Below the pieces are notes generated by a model that saw only the letters and a list, made by a program, of their open reading frames with translations, was not told the origin of the DNA and made no database searches. DNA of 64,000 nucleotides from Eledone cirrhosa (lineage: Eukaryota), in contig OZ024764.1 of NCBI GenBank assembly GCA_964016885.1, positions 10,292,001 to 10,356,000 of the forward strand, in the 5' to 3' direction. The position numbers and the translations under genes are program-made. Shown piece by piece: positions 43,060 to 55,662 of the stretch; position 1 is the first letter of the stretch, and the number at the start of each line of letters is the position of its first letter.

Positions 43060-46000
43060 GGAGAATATGCGATGGCTGGAGGGAAATGAATGTCAGCATG
43101 CTCCGTTGGATGTGCAATGTCAATGTGCGTGAACGACCCAGCATGGATGAGTTGAGAGAGAAACTGTGTATAAGAGGGATAAGTTGTGGTGTGTAGGAGA
43201 GAAGACTGAGATGGTATGGACATGTGATGTGTTGAGAGAGAAACTGTGTATAAGAGGGATAAGTTGTGGTGTGTGGGAGAGAAGACTGTGTTGGTATGGA
43301 CATGTGATGTGTTGAGAGAGAAACTGTGTATAAGAGGGATAGGTTGTGGTGTGTGGGAGAGAAGACTGAGATGGTATGGACATGTGATGTGTTGAGAGAG
43401 AAACTGGGTATAAGAGGGATAAGTTGTGGTGTGTGGGAGAGAAGGCTGAGATGGTATGGACATGTGATGTGTTGAGAGAGAAACTGTCTATAAGAGGGAT
43501 AAGTTGTGGTGTGTGGGAGAGAAGGCTGAGATGGTATGGACATGTGATGTGTTGAGAGAGAAACTGTGTATAAGAGGGATAAGTTGTGGTGTGTGGGAGA
43601 GAAGACTGTGTTGGTATGGACATGTGATGTGTTGAGAGAGAAACTGTGTATAAGAGGGATAGGTTGTGGTGTGTGGGAGAGAAGACTGAGATGGTATGGA
43701 CATGTGATGTGTTGAGAGAGAAACTGGGTATAAGAGGGATAAGTTGTGGTGTGTGGGAGAGAAGGCTGAGATGGTATGGACATGTGATGTGTTGAGAGAG
43801 AAACTGTCTATAAGAGGGATAAGTTGTGGTGTGTGGGAGAGAAGGCTGAGATGGTATGGACATGTGATGTGTTGAGAGAGAAACTGTGTATAAGAGGGAT
43901 AAGTTGTGGTGTGTGGGAGAGAAGGCTGAGATGGTATGGACATGTGATGTGTTGAGAGAGAAACTGTGTATAAGAGGGATAAGTTGTGGTGTGTGGGAGA
44001 GAAGGCTGAGATGGTATGGACATGTGGTGTGTTGAGAGAGAAACTGTGTATAAGAGGGATAAGTTGTGGTGTGTGGGAGAGAAGGCTGAGATGGTATGGA
44101 CATGTGATGTGTTGAGAGAGAAACTGTGTATAAGAGGGATAAGTTGTGGTGTGTGGGAGAGAAGACTGAGATGGTATGGACATGTGATGTGTTGAGAGAG
44201 AAACTGTGCATAAGAGGGATAAGTTGTGGTGTGTGGGAGAGAAGGCTGAGATGGTATGGACATGGGATGTGTTGAGAGAGAAACTGTGTATAAGAGGGAT
44301 AAGTTGTAGTGTGCGGGAGAGAAGACTGAGATGGTATGGACATGTGATGTGCTGAGAGAGAAACTGTGTATAAGAGGGATAAGTTGTGGTGTGTGCGAGA
44401 GAAGACTGAGATGGTATGGACATGTGATGTGCTGAGAGAGAAACTGTGTATAAGAGGGATAAGTTGTGGTGTGTGGGAGAGAAGACAGAGATGGTATGGA
44501 CATGTGATGTGTTGAGAGAGAAACTGTGTTTAAGAGGGATAGGTTGTGGTGTGCGGGAGAGAAGACTGAGATGGTATGGACATGTGATGTGCTGAGAGAG
44601 AAACTGTGTATAAGGGGGATAAGTTGTGGTGTGCGGGAGAGAAGACTGAGATGGTATGGACATGTGATGTGCTGAGAGAGAAACTGTGTATAAGAGGGAT
44701 AAGTTGTGGTGTGCGGGAGAGAAGACTGAGATGGTATGGACATGTGATGTGTTAAGAGAGAAACTGTGTATAAGAGGGATAAGTTGTGGTGTGCGGGAGA
44801 GAAGACTGAGATGGTATGGACATGTGATGTGCTGAGAGAGAAACTGTGTATAAGAGGGATAAGTTGTGGTGTGTGCGAGAGAAGACTGAGATGGTATGGA
44901 CATGTGATGTGTTGAGAGAGAAACTGGGTATAAGAGGGATAAGTTGTGGTGTGTGCGAGAGAAGACTGAGATGGTATGGACATGTGATGTGTTGAGAGAG
45001 AAACTGTGTATAAGAGGGATAAGTTGTGGTGTGCGGGAGAGAAGGCTGAGATGGTATGGACATGTGATGTGTTGAGAGAGAAACTGGGTATAAGAGGGAT
45101 AAGTTGTGGTGTGTGGGAGAGAAGGCTGAGATGGTATGGACATGTGATGTGTTGAGAGAGAAACTGTGTATAAGAGGGATAAGTTGTGGTGTGTGGGAGA
45201 GAAGACTGAGATGGTATGGACATGTGATGTGTTGAGAGAGAAACTGGGTATAAGAGGGATAAGTTGTGGTGTGTGGGAGAGAAGGCTGAGATGGTATGGA
45301 CATGTGATGTGTTGAGAGAGAAACTGTGTATAAGAGGGATAAGTTGTGGTGTGTGGGAGAGAAGACTGAGATGGTATGGACATGTGATGTGTTGAGAGAG
45401 AAACTGTGTATAAGAGGGATAAGTTGTGGTGTGTGGGAGAGAAGACTGAGATAGTATGGACATGTGGTGTGTTGAGAGAGAAACTGTGTATAAGAGGGAT
45501 AAGTTGTGGTGTGTGGGAGAGAAGGCTGAGATGGTATGGACATGGAATGTGTTGAGAGAGAAACTGTGTATAAGAGGGATAAGTTGTGGTGTGCGGGAGA
45601 GAAGACTGAGATGGTATGGACATGTGATGTGCTGAGAGAGAAACTGTGTATAAGAGGGATAAGTTGTGGTGTGCGGGAGAGAAGACTGAGATGGTATGGA
45701 CATGTGATGTGTTGAGAGAGAAACTGTGTATAAGAGGGATAAGTTGTGGTGTGCGGGAGAGAAGACTGAGATGGTATGGACATGTGATGTGCTGAGAGAG
45801 AAACTGTGTATAAGAGGGATAAGTTGTGGTGTGTGCGAGAGAAGACTGAGATGGTATGGACATGTGATGTGTTGAGAGAGAAACTGGGTATAAGAGGGAT
45901 AAGTTGTGGTGTGTGCGAGAGAAGACTGAGATGGTATGGACATGTGATGTGTTGAGAGAGAAACTGTGTATAAGAGGGATAAGTTGTGGTGTGTGGGAGA

Positions 46001-47295
46001 GAAGACTGAGATAGTATGGACATGTGGTGTGTTGAGAGAGAAACTGTGTATAAGAGGGATAGGTTGTGGTGTGTGGGAGAGAAGACTGCGTTGGTATGGA
46101 CATGTGGTGTGGTGAGAGAGAAACTGTGTATAAGAGGGATAAGTTGTGGTGTGTGCGAGAGAAGACTGAGATGGTATGGACATGTGATGTGTTGAGAGAG
46201 AAACTGTGTATAAGAGGGATAAGTTGTGGTGTGCGGGAGAGAAGGCTGAGATGGTATGGACATGTGATGTGTTGAGAGAGAAACTGGGTATAAGAGGGAT
46301 AAGTTGTGGTGTGTGGGAGAGAAGGCTGAGATGGTATGGACATGTGATGTGTTGAGAGAGAAACTGTGTATAAGAGGGATAAGTTGTGGTGTGTGGGAGA
46401 GAAGACTGAGATGGTATGGACATGTGATGTGTTGAGAGAGAAACTGGGTATAAGAGGGATAAGTTGTGGTGTGTGGGAGAAAAGGCTGAGATGGTATGGA
46501 CATGTGATGTGTTGAGAGAGAAACTGTGTATAAGAGGGATAAGTTGTGGTGTGTGGGAGAGAAGACTGAGATGGTATGGACATGTGATGTGTTGAGAGAG
46601 AAACTGTGTATAAGAGGGATAAGTTGTGGTGTGTGGGAGAGAAGACTGAGATGGTATGGACATGTGATGTGTTGAGAGAGAAACTGTGTTTAAGAGGGAT
46701 AAGTTGTAGTGTGCGGGAGAGAAGACTGAGATGGTATGGACATGTGATGTGTTGAGAGAGAAACTGTGTATAAGAGGGATAAGTTGTGGTGTGTGGGAGA
46801 GAAGACTGAGATGGTATGGATGTGTGATGTGTTGAGAGAGAAACTGTGTATAAGAGGGATAAGTTGTGGTGTGTGGGAGAGAAGACTGAGATGGTATGGA
46901 TGTGTGGTGTGTTGAGAGAGAAACTGGGTATAAGAGGGATAAGTTGTAGTGTGTGGGAGAGAAGACTGAGATGGTATGGATGTGTGGTGTGTTGAGAGAG
47001 AAACTGTGTATAAGAGGGATAAACTGTAGTGTGCAGGAGAGAAAACTGAGATGGTATGGACATGTGATGCGCATGGAGGATGACTGCTGGGTAAAGAAGT
47101 GCCAAGAAATCCCAATAGAAAGAAGACGCATTAGAGGAAACCATGAAAAACATGGACAGAGGTGGTGAGAGCAGATCTCAGATCGCTGAAGCTCACGGAG
47201 ATGATGAAGGACCGTGACAATTGGAGAGATGCTGTGCTGAATAGGACCCGTCCCACCCTTGCAAGCATGGAAAAGTGGACTTAAAATGATGATGA
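43060..47295 (+). mobile_element. RTE 3' fragment carrying an internal 49 x 80-bp tandem expansion
   Basis: Left flank encodes MLRWMCNVNVRERPSMDELREKL; right flank encodes RMEDDCWVKKCQEIP and ends in the RTE tail. Confidence 0.88.
43151..47069. repeat. 80-bp satellite, 49 copies, no length variation
   Basis: Unit starts stay in exact 80-bp register from 43151 to 46991. Confidence 0.98.
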
Positions 47296-48103
47296 TATAT
47301 ATATATATTTATTTAGGTTTGAAGGTTCACCACTAGATAGAGCTGGTCAATTCTGTATGGTCAATCTTGATGTAATAATATGGAGAGTACTCAACGTAAA
47401 GCAGCTCAACCATCTTCGTTTGTGTAGTTGAGGGCGACCGGCTAAAGTGGAAGATGCTAGATGGTCGGTTGTCCTTGGGTCTATGATTTTCAGCCCCATG
47501 GATTTTATCTGTTACATTCATTTATTATATTTCGAATACCTGATGATATCACCGGATTCATACGGAACCCGGTCATTCAAATGATCATAGTATAATAAAC
47601 CTTTCAAGGATTTACACAAGTCCAGCCTCCTGTTATCTTACTATATTATATATACATATATATATACATACATACAAAGTGATCAAATTTTAGTTTAGAT
47701 CATTTATTTGCACACATGTATATATATGTATTATAAGAATAAAGGAACAAGGATTAAGTGTTGCATCATAACATATTTAATAACATATTACATATGTTTC
47801 ACTGTCGATCAGCTCAAGGAACGTTCTAGTATAGATCGAACCTGACTCTGTATTTGAAAGATCCTCGACATACTGCTTACGGACACAATTATCTTGCACC
47901 TATATATATATGTATATATGTATATATATGTGTGTGTGTGTGTAACGCAAATTGGCATAGTCATTAAGACATCGGATAGAATCCTTTACGGTATTCGTCC
48001 CCCCTCATTGCAAGGTGGAGTGTTCAAGCAATCTGCCCCCATGACCCACTTAAGTGGGCAAAGAAGATATATATATCCATATATATATATGTGTGAGTGT
48101 GTG

Positions 48104-48133
<30 letters not shown>

Positions 48134-48134
<1 letters not shown>

Positions 48135-48475
48135 CATCATCATCATCCTCATCATTTTACGTCCGCTTTTCCCTGCTTGCAAGGGTGGGACGGGAACTGA
48201 TTCTGGCTTGATTTCTACAGCTGGATGCCCTTCCTAACACCAACCTCATTTACAGTGAGTGCTGGGTGCTTTTTTTCCATGGCACCTCCACGACCACTTT
48301 GCAATGGAATGATATGGACCCTAGTCCCTATCATCTCATTTCTACAGCTGAGTAAACTGGAGCAATGTTAAATAAAGTGTCTTGCTCAAGGAAACAACAC
48401 ATCACCCGGTCTGAGAATTGAACTCACAACCTTTCGATTGCAAGCCCAATGCTCTAACCACTAAGCCATGTGCCT
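48134..48475 (-). mobile_element. CORE-like SINE
   Basis: Reverse complement of the same family. Confidence 0.85.
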
Positions 48476-49221
48476 GTATATATGTATATATGTATATATG
48501 TATATATGTATATATATATAATTATCTCCTCATATATGTGACTGTGTGTGTGTATATATACATGTATCCCAGTACAACCTGTCTCATGGTCGGGTCGTTG
48601 GCGACTAAACTGGCAACCCCACCAAGGTTTCTTCGTGAGGAGGGTGACTTGGAACATCCTGCAGGACTAAAAACAAAACCCGTCAAAGGGCAAAGGAGCT
48701 CTTAAGAGTCAATGGCCATCCAAAATCACCGGGAGAGATGACCCCTTAGCCTTTGTCAAGGCAGAATTCTAGGGGAAGGAAAACTCTGATATAACACCTG
48801 CAACCCTGATGGTATCCAATGATGTTGACTTGTTCTTCTTTTTGGTAAATATCATCTTGGTTCAGAGAGTGGGACTGGCTTTGTGCAGTGCCTTTGCTCA
48901 CTATAAAAGCTTCACGGCACAGGCATTGCTTTATATCTGGAGATCTCTCTGCACTTGTCGTCACATGGTACCATGGGCCCAGCACTATGTGTCAATAATT
49001 GTCGCAAGTGTAGTTTTTGTACCAGAGTTTTCAAGTTGCTGGCTGGACTAAAAAGTCATACTCGTTAAGCGCATCAGTAGGGGTTCTCCTACATGGATAT
49101 AAAGTAGTGGCCATGCTTGAAAACGAGTTGGCAGCCACCATATATATATATATGTGTGAGTGTATATATATGTGTTTGTGTATATATATGTGTGTGTTTG
49201 TGTGTATATATAAACACATAC

Positions 49222-49314
49222 CTTGGCAATCTTGTTTATTCTGTACAACATGTTTTTCATCTGGTTCTCTTCCTCTTCTGTGAGGGCAGTGATCAAGGAC
49301 TCCACTTCACCTGT
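49222..49314 (-). CDS. PRODH: PRODH exon (TGEVESLITALTEEEENQMKNMLYRINKIAK)
   Basis: Acceptor ttttcag|ACA, donor AAG|gtatgt; 93 nt, phase 0/0; LTEEEExQM motif. Confidence 0.92.
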
Positions 49315-49354
49315 CTGAAAATATAGAAGGGAGCAACGCGTGACAACTAACACA

Positions 49355-50870
49355 TCACAACAACACCACTATTATTACAACATCCCACCCCACATCACCA
49401 TCTTGACTATAATACCACAACCACCATCTCAACACCAACACCACTACACCACCTCGACTATAATACCATAACCACAATAACAGCACCACCATCACTGCAA
49501 CCACAACACCACCACCAACACCACTACACCACCTCAACTACAACACCATAACCACAATAACAGCACCACCATCACTGCAACCACAACACCACCACCAACA
49601 CCACTACACCACCTCAACTACAACACCATAACCACAATAACAGCACCACCATCACTGCAACCACAACACCACCACCAACACCACTACACCACCTCAACTA
49701 TAATACCATAACCTCAATAACAGCACCACCATCACTGCAACCACAACACCACCACCAACACCACTACACCACCTCAACTACAACACCATAACCACAATAA
49801 CAGCACCACCATCACTGCAACCACAACACCACCACCAACACCACTACACCACCTCAACTACAACACCATAACCACAATAACAGCACCACCATCACTGCAA
49901 CCACAACACCACCACCAACACCACTACACCACAACAGAAGCATTATCATCACCACCACTACACCACCTCGACTATAATATCATAACCACAACAACAGCAC
50001 CCCCATCACTACACCACAACAGAAGCACTATCACCACTACACCACCTTGACTATAATACCACAATAGCACCACTATCACCACCACCACTACACCACCTTG
50101 ACTATAATACCACAACAGCACCTCTATCACCACCAACACCACATCACCTCGAGTATAATACCACAACCACAACAGCACCACTATCACGACCACCACTACA
50201 CCACCTTGACTATAATACCACAACCACAACAGCACCACCACCACCACTACACCACCTTGACTATAACACCACAACATCACCACCATCACAGCAACCACAA
50301 CACCCAACCACCACCATCACTACAACCCCCACAACCTCATCCTCACTACACCACCTTGACTATAATACCACAATCACCAACACCATCACAACCACCACAA
50401 CAACACCATCACTATGAGAACACCACCACCACCACCATCACTACAACCACCATCATCACATCACCACCACTGCATGACCTTGACTATAGTACCACCACCA
50501 CCACTAGTATATGAGAGGTGAAGAGGCAAGCTACATGTGGGAGATGGTGGTGGTATGGTGGGTGTAGGTGTCTGTGCAGTGGAAGAGGTGATACTTATGT
50601 GGTGGTGGTGGTGGGCTGTGTGTGGGAGATGGTGATGGTGGGCTGTGTGTGGGAGATGGTGGTGGTGGTGGTAGGCTGTTTGTGGGAGATGGTGGTGGTG
50701 GTGGTGGGCTGTGTGTGGGAGATGGTGGTGGTGGTGGTGGTGGTAGGCTGTGTGTGGGAGATGGTGGTGGTGGTGGGCTGTGTGTGGGAGATGGTGGTGG
50801 TGGTAGGCTGTGTGTGGGAGATGGTGGTGGTGGGTGTTGGTGGTGGTCGGTGGTGATGGTGGTGGTGGGC
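49355..50870. repeat. ACC/CAA-rich low-complexity block with an 80-bp period (49441-49930), then a GGT-rich block
   Basis: ccactacacc recurs every 80 bp; ggctgtgtgtgggagatggtggt repeats at 50600-50870. Confidence 0.85.
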
Positions 50871-50919
50871 TGTGTGTGAAGGAAGACACATGCACCATAC
50901 TATAACAAGTATAACTTAC

Positions 50920-51001
50920 CTTAAGATTGACTCTGTTAAACACTTTATGTAGACTCATACTGACTTCCAGTAGGTTGTCCCAGTCCAGAAGGTCCACTTC
51001 T
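50920..51001 (-). CDS. PRODH: PRODH exon (G-EVDLLDWDNLLEVSMSLHKVFNRVNLK)
   Basis: Acceptor ttcaacag|A, donor AAG|gtaagt; 82 nt completes the GG+A codon; DLLDW motif of animal PRODH. Confidence 0.9.
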
Positions 51002-51044
51002 CTGTTGAAATAGGAAGTATATATATATTATATATATATATAAA

Positions 51045-51737
51045 ACATAAATGAACTAAGTGAGAAATTAAGAATAAGAGGGATCAGATGCTGTTTACTT
51101 GAGAGAAGACTACGTTGGTATGGTCACGTGATGCGCATGAAAGACGACAGCTGTATAAAATAGTGCAGGGCAATCAAAATTGATGGAAGTTACGGAGAAG
51201 GTAGACCCAGAAAAACCTGAGATGATTTGATAAGTTCCGACCTTACACACTTACACCTCTCCAAGACAATGTCACTGGACCGAGATCTTTGGCGCTACGC
51301 AGTAATACAGAAGACCCACCTTGCTTATGTACAAAACGAAACCTACAGTCAGTAGGCACCTCTTAACCAAATATACACCCCAACCCACTACCCCTACCCT
51401 ATCCTCCCACTCCCCCAACACCACCCTTTCTCTGTAAGGTTGGTACCACAACATCCAGTCCAAACTACTGAGGTCGTGTAGGTGTCACGACAAAAAAAAA
51501 AAGAAACACAGTCCACGCTGTAATGTGGCCGTGTAGGTAACATGGTAAAAAGTTCCCAGTTCCACACTGTAAACGTGGTTGGTGTTAGGAAGGGCATCCA
51601 GCTGTAAAAAAACCTGCCAGATAGTCCTATACGAGTGAGACATGGTCACCCGACCAATCTTGCCTCAAGTGGGACAACTCCCATCTAAACCCATGCTAGC
51701 GTGGCAGATAGACATTAAACGATGATGATGATGATGA
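51045..51737 (+). mobile_element. RTE 3' fragment with UTR and (GAT)n tail
   Basis: Similar to 58390-59290 and 52575-53297. Confidence 0.8.
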
Positions 51738-51776
51738 TATGTATGAAAAAGGTAAACAGAAATAACAGGAAGAAGG

Positions 51777-51812
51777 TCTTAACGTTTCGGACGCTAGTCC
51801 TTCATCAGAAGA
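51777..51812 (-). ncRNA. Penelope-type minimal hammerhead motif
   Basis: TCTT-CTGATGA-A-GGAC-tagc-GTCC-GAAA-CGTT-AAGA; matches the CUGAnGA-A-stem-GAAACGU layout known from Penelope pLTRs. Confidence 0.65.
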
Positions 51813-51928
51813 AAGAATGAGAAATAAGATAGACTGAAGGGACGGGTGGGGTGGAATTGGAAAAAATGTCTTTAGATAAAAAAAAAATATATATGTATAT
51901 ATACACATATACAGACACATACACACAC

Positions 51929-52023
<95 letters not shown>

Positions 52024-52117
52024 GAAAGCAGACATTTTTTGCTTAAAATTTAATTTGTACAAATAATGGGGCATATAATCCCACAGAAAAAGATGGTATC
52101 AGCTTCCATGATAGTGA

Positions 52118-52151
<34 letters not shown>

Positions 52152-52231
52152 GATGATGATGATGGTGGTGGTGGTGGTGGTGATGATGATGATGATGGTG
52201 GTAATGATGATGGTGGTGGTGGTGGTGGTGG

Positions 52232-52298
<67 letters not shown>

Positions 52299-52378
52299 GA
52301 TGGTGATGATGATGAAGCTCATGATGATTAATGACAACAACAACAACAACAACAACAACAACTACTACTACTACTCAC

Positions 52379-52566
52379 CCGTCTTGACCACTGTCCAAGA
52401 AGGTGAACCATTTCTTGGTCTCGTCACGACTCATCGGAATGCCCATCCCTTTCAAAGACCTTCGGAGATCCTTCTCTCGGAAGCTGCGGAGCAAGATGTC
52501 GTTGTCAGAGCCTGCGATTTTGTCAAACATTGCCCTTGTTGACACAAGTACCTCGGACATTTGTAG
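52379..52566 (-). CDS. PRODH: Proline dehydrogenase, first exon visible in window (LQMSEVLVSTRAMFDK...WFTFLDSGQD-G)
   Basis: Acceptor tttccag|CTA CAA ATG, donor GG|gtgagt; 188 nt, ends in phase 2. LQxSEVL resembles the animal PRODH segment after the GRPQxL motif; joins in frame to the next exon. Confidence 0.88.
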
Positions 52567-52574
52567 CTGGAAAC

Positions 52575-53297
52575 ATAAGATACAGACATCTGTTGGATGT
52601 GTAACAGTAATATACATGAAAAGGCAAAGCATACACGAACTAAGGGAGAAATAAGGAATAAGAGGGATCAGATGCTGTTTACTCGAGAGAAGACTACGTT
52701 GGTATGGTCACGTGAAGCGCATGAAAAGTAACAGCTGTATAAAAAAGTGCAGGGCGATAAAAATAGACGGTAGCCATGGAGTAGGCAGACCCAGAAAAAC
52801 CTGGGACGACTTGATAGATTCCGACCTCACACACTTACACCTCTCCAAGACAATGTCACTGGACCGAGATCTTTGGCGCTACACAGTAATACAGAAGACC
52901 CGCCTTGCCTAAGTACAAAGCGAAACCTACAGTCAGTAGGCACCTCTTAACCAAATATACACCCCCTGTCCCACTACCCCCACCTCATCCACACCACCCC
53001 CTTTCGATGTAAAGTTATGTTGGTACCACAACATCCAGTCCGAAACAAATGAGGTCGTGTAGGTGTCACAGCAAAAAAACACACAGTCCACGCTGTAATG
53101 TGGCCGTGTAGGTAACACGGTAAAAACCTCCCAGTTCCACACTGTAAATGTGGTTAGTGTTAGGAAGGGCATCCAGCCGTAGAAAACCCGCCAGACAGTC
53201 CTATACGAGCAAGACAACCAATCTTGCCTCAAGTGGGAAAATTACCGTCCAAACTCAAGCTAGCGTGGAAGATTGACGTTAAACGATGATGATGATA
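52575..53297 (+). mobile_element. RTE 3' fragment abutting the PRODH acceptor at 52567
   Basis: RLRWYGHVKRMK...GVGRPRKTWDDLI; same UTR as the other copies. Confidence 0.8.
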
Positions 53298-53420
53298 TGT
53301 AGGAGTTGTATTTAATTTGTTGTAATATTCCGACAAACATAAATGTTTATAACTGATATAGAGCACTCAACAAGTTACTGGAGTAAATATTCCAAGATAA
53401 TAGTAAATGGAAACTATATT

Positions 53421-53485
53421 TATTTTATTATATATATTTCAAGGGCGACCTAGCCAATCTTGGTGCGCTTTCATCAGATAAAATA
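53421..53485 (-). ncRNA. Minimal type I hammerhead ribozyme motif
   Basis: TATTTTAT-CTGATGA-aagcgcaccaagattggctaggtcgccctt-GAAA-TATATA-TA^ATAAAATA: 8-bp stem I, intact core, foldable stem II, palindromic stem III. Confidence 0.75.
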
Positions 53486-53600
53486 CAAAATTTGTTTTAT
53501 AAATAATGACATACCCATGGGGATCACACCTTAACGGCGAATTTCGGACCGTAAAGGTGTGATTTCCATGGGTATGTCATTATTTATAAAACAAATTTTG

Positions 53601-53665
53601 TATTTTATCTGATGACAGCGCACCAAGATTGGCTTGGTCGCCCTTGAAATATATATAATAAAATA
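53601..53665 (+). ncRNA. Minimal type I hammerhead ribozyme motif (inverted copy)
   Basis: TATTTTAT-CTGATGA-cagcgcACCAAGattggCTTGGTcgccctt-GAAA-TATATA-TA^ATAAAATA. Confidence 0.7.
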
Positions 53666-53993
53666 AATACATATATATATATATATATATATATAATAAC
53701 TAGAAATTGATTAACATATAAATATACATGAATAATCACAGGAGATAATTTTTGCTCACGTGTAACCACGCATAGCTAGTATAAATTTCTAGTTATTATA
53801 ATATGTTCGGATTTATCTTTGAGCTTAATTTCCAGGATATATGGCGCATGCATTATGACATGACACCCATAATTTCGATTTAGATTAAATTCATTTAATT
53901 TATTTTATCTTAATTTTGGATTTAGATATATATATATATATATATATATATACGATATTAAACAAATGGAAACTATATTTATAAAACCATATT

Positions 53994-54059
53994 TATTTCG
54001 TTATATATATTTCTGGGATATCATATTAAAAATATGGTATGCCTTCCTCAGACAAAATA
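53994..54059 (-). ncRNA. Minimal type I hammerhead ribozyme motif
   Basis: TATTTTGT-CTGAGGA-aggcataccatatttttaatatgatatccca-GAAA-TATATA-TA^ACGAAATA. Stem I has a G-C pair where siblings have A-U. Confidence 0.7.
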
Positions 54060-54129
54060 CAATACATAAGCTGTTTTATAAATAATTTTGACATACCTTA
54101 TAATAATATATATATATATACATATAAAT

Positions 54130-54700
54130 ATGTATGTATGTAAAAGGTAAACAGAAATAACAACACAATCAGTACAGTATATGGAAGGTATATATTAGGT
54201 TAACGCTTGATATAGCAGGAAGAGGGTCTTAGCATTTCGGACGCTAGTCCTTCATCAGAAGAAAGAATGAGAAATAAGATAGATTGAAGGGACGGGTGGG
54301 ATGGAATTGGAAAAAAAATGTCTTTAGATAAAAATAACAGGTCCATTCATGTTGACATCTCTTGCAAAACTGTTGGTGCCGGCGTTGGGACAAACAGGAT
54401 GCCGCATGGCGGACCGTTTTGCTGAACATTTGGGGGACATATGACTCGGTTTGGATACTCCTGTCGCCCGTCATTTCTGTTCTCCTGCCCATTCTTCCCT
54501 ACATGTTTCAGTCCTGGGTGTCCTTTTACATCATGGATCACAAGCTTCGTGCACCAGGACTGAACAAAGTCTGATTCACCATCTTGGGTCCTATTCCCCT
54601 CTTGGACTCAACTCACCACCCCAATTTCTCTAATACCCCGCCCATTATCACAACCCTATATTCCTATCACTTTCTCTTGATCATTAGCAGCTTCTCTTAC
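54130..54700. mobile_element. Penelope-like element remnant: GIY-YIG endonuclease C-terminus (+, 54388-54633) with an inverted pLTR-like segment carrying a degenerate hammerhead (-, 54227-54262)
   Basis: Frame reads GQTGCRMADRFAEHLGDI*LGLDTPVARHFCSPAHS...EQSLIHHLGSYSPLGLN, typical of PLE GIY-YIG ends. 54130-54335 is similar to 51737-51885. Confidence 0.7.
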
Positions 54701-54909
54701 AACTAATACCTGCCGACTATATATGCTCACTCCACTTTTCTCTTCACTGCTCTGTATACACACATACACACCCTTAAAATAACATACTTTTGCTCATAGC
54801 TTCGTACTTACATGCACACACACTCTTTTACTCACATATACACACACATTTGTTGTGTGTGTTTGAAAAAATATCTCATCATCATCATCATCATCTTCGT
54901 TTAACGTTG

Positions 54910-54926
54910 TCTATATATATATATAA

Positions 54927-54958
<32 letters not shown>

Positions 54959-55175
54959 GTGTGTGTGTTTATATATATATATATATATACATGTGTGTGT
55001 ATGAACAAATATCTGTCTATCTATGTATTATAAACAGACATACACACATATGTGTGTATGAACATATATTTGTCTATCTATATATTATATTTAGAGCCAC
55101 ACACACACACATATATATACGTGTGTGTGTGTGTGTGTGTGTGTATGAACAAATATCTGTCTATCTATGTATTAT

Positions 55176-55209
<34 letters not shown>

Positions 55210-55450
55210 GAATAAATATTTGTCTATCTATATATTATATTTAGAGACACACACACACACATATATATACGTGTGTGGTGTGTGTGTGTATGAACAAATA
55301 TCTGTCTATCTATGTATTATACACACACATATATATATATATATATGAATAAATATTTGTCTATCTATATATTATATTTAGAGACACACACACACATATA
55401 TATACGTGTGTGTGTGTGTATGAACAAATATCTGTCTGTCTATGTATTAT

Positions 55451-55500
<50 letters not shown>

Positions 55501-55612
55501 ATATGAATAAATATTTGTCTATCTATATATTATATTTAGAGCCACACACACACATATATATACGTGTGTGTGTGTGTGTGTATGAACAAATATCTGTCTG
55601 TCTATGTATTAT

Positions 55613-55662
<50 letters not shown>

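Noticed and set aside
43028-47153. Very long minus-strand ORFs (1221, 1107, 583 and 407 aa)
   Set aside because: The consensus 80-bp unit lacks stop codons on that strand, so all frames stay open; the sequence is antisense RTE inside a PRODH intron.
48565-48810. GC-richer segment resembling an RTE 5' UTR, possibly with an HDV-like ribozyme
   Set aside because: I could not assign the nested double pseudoknot by inspection; it needs a descriptor search.
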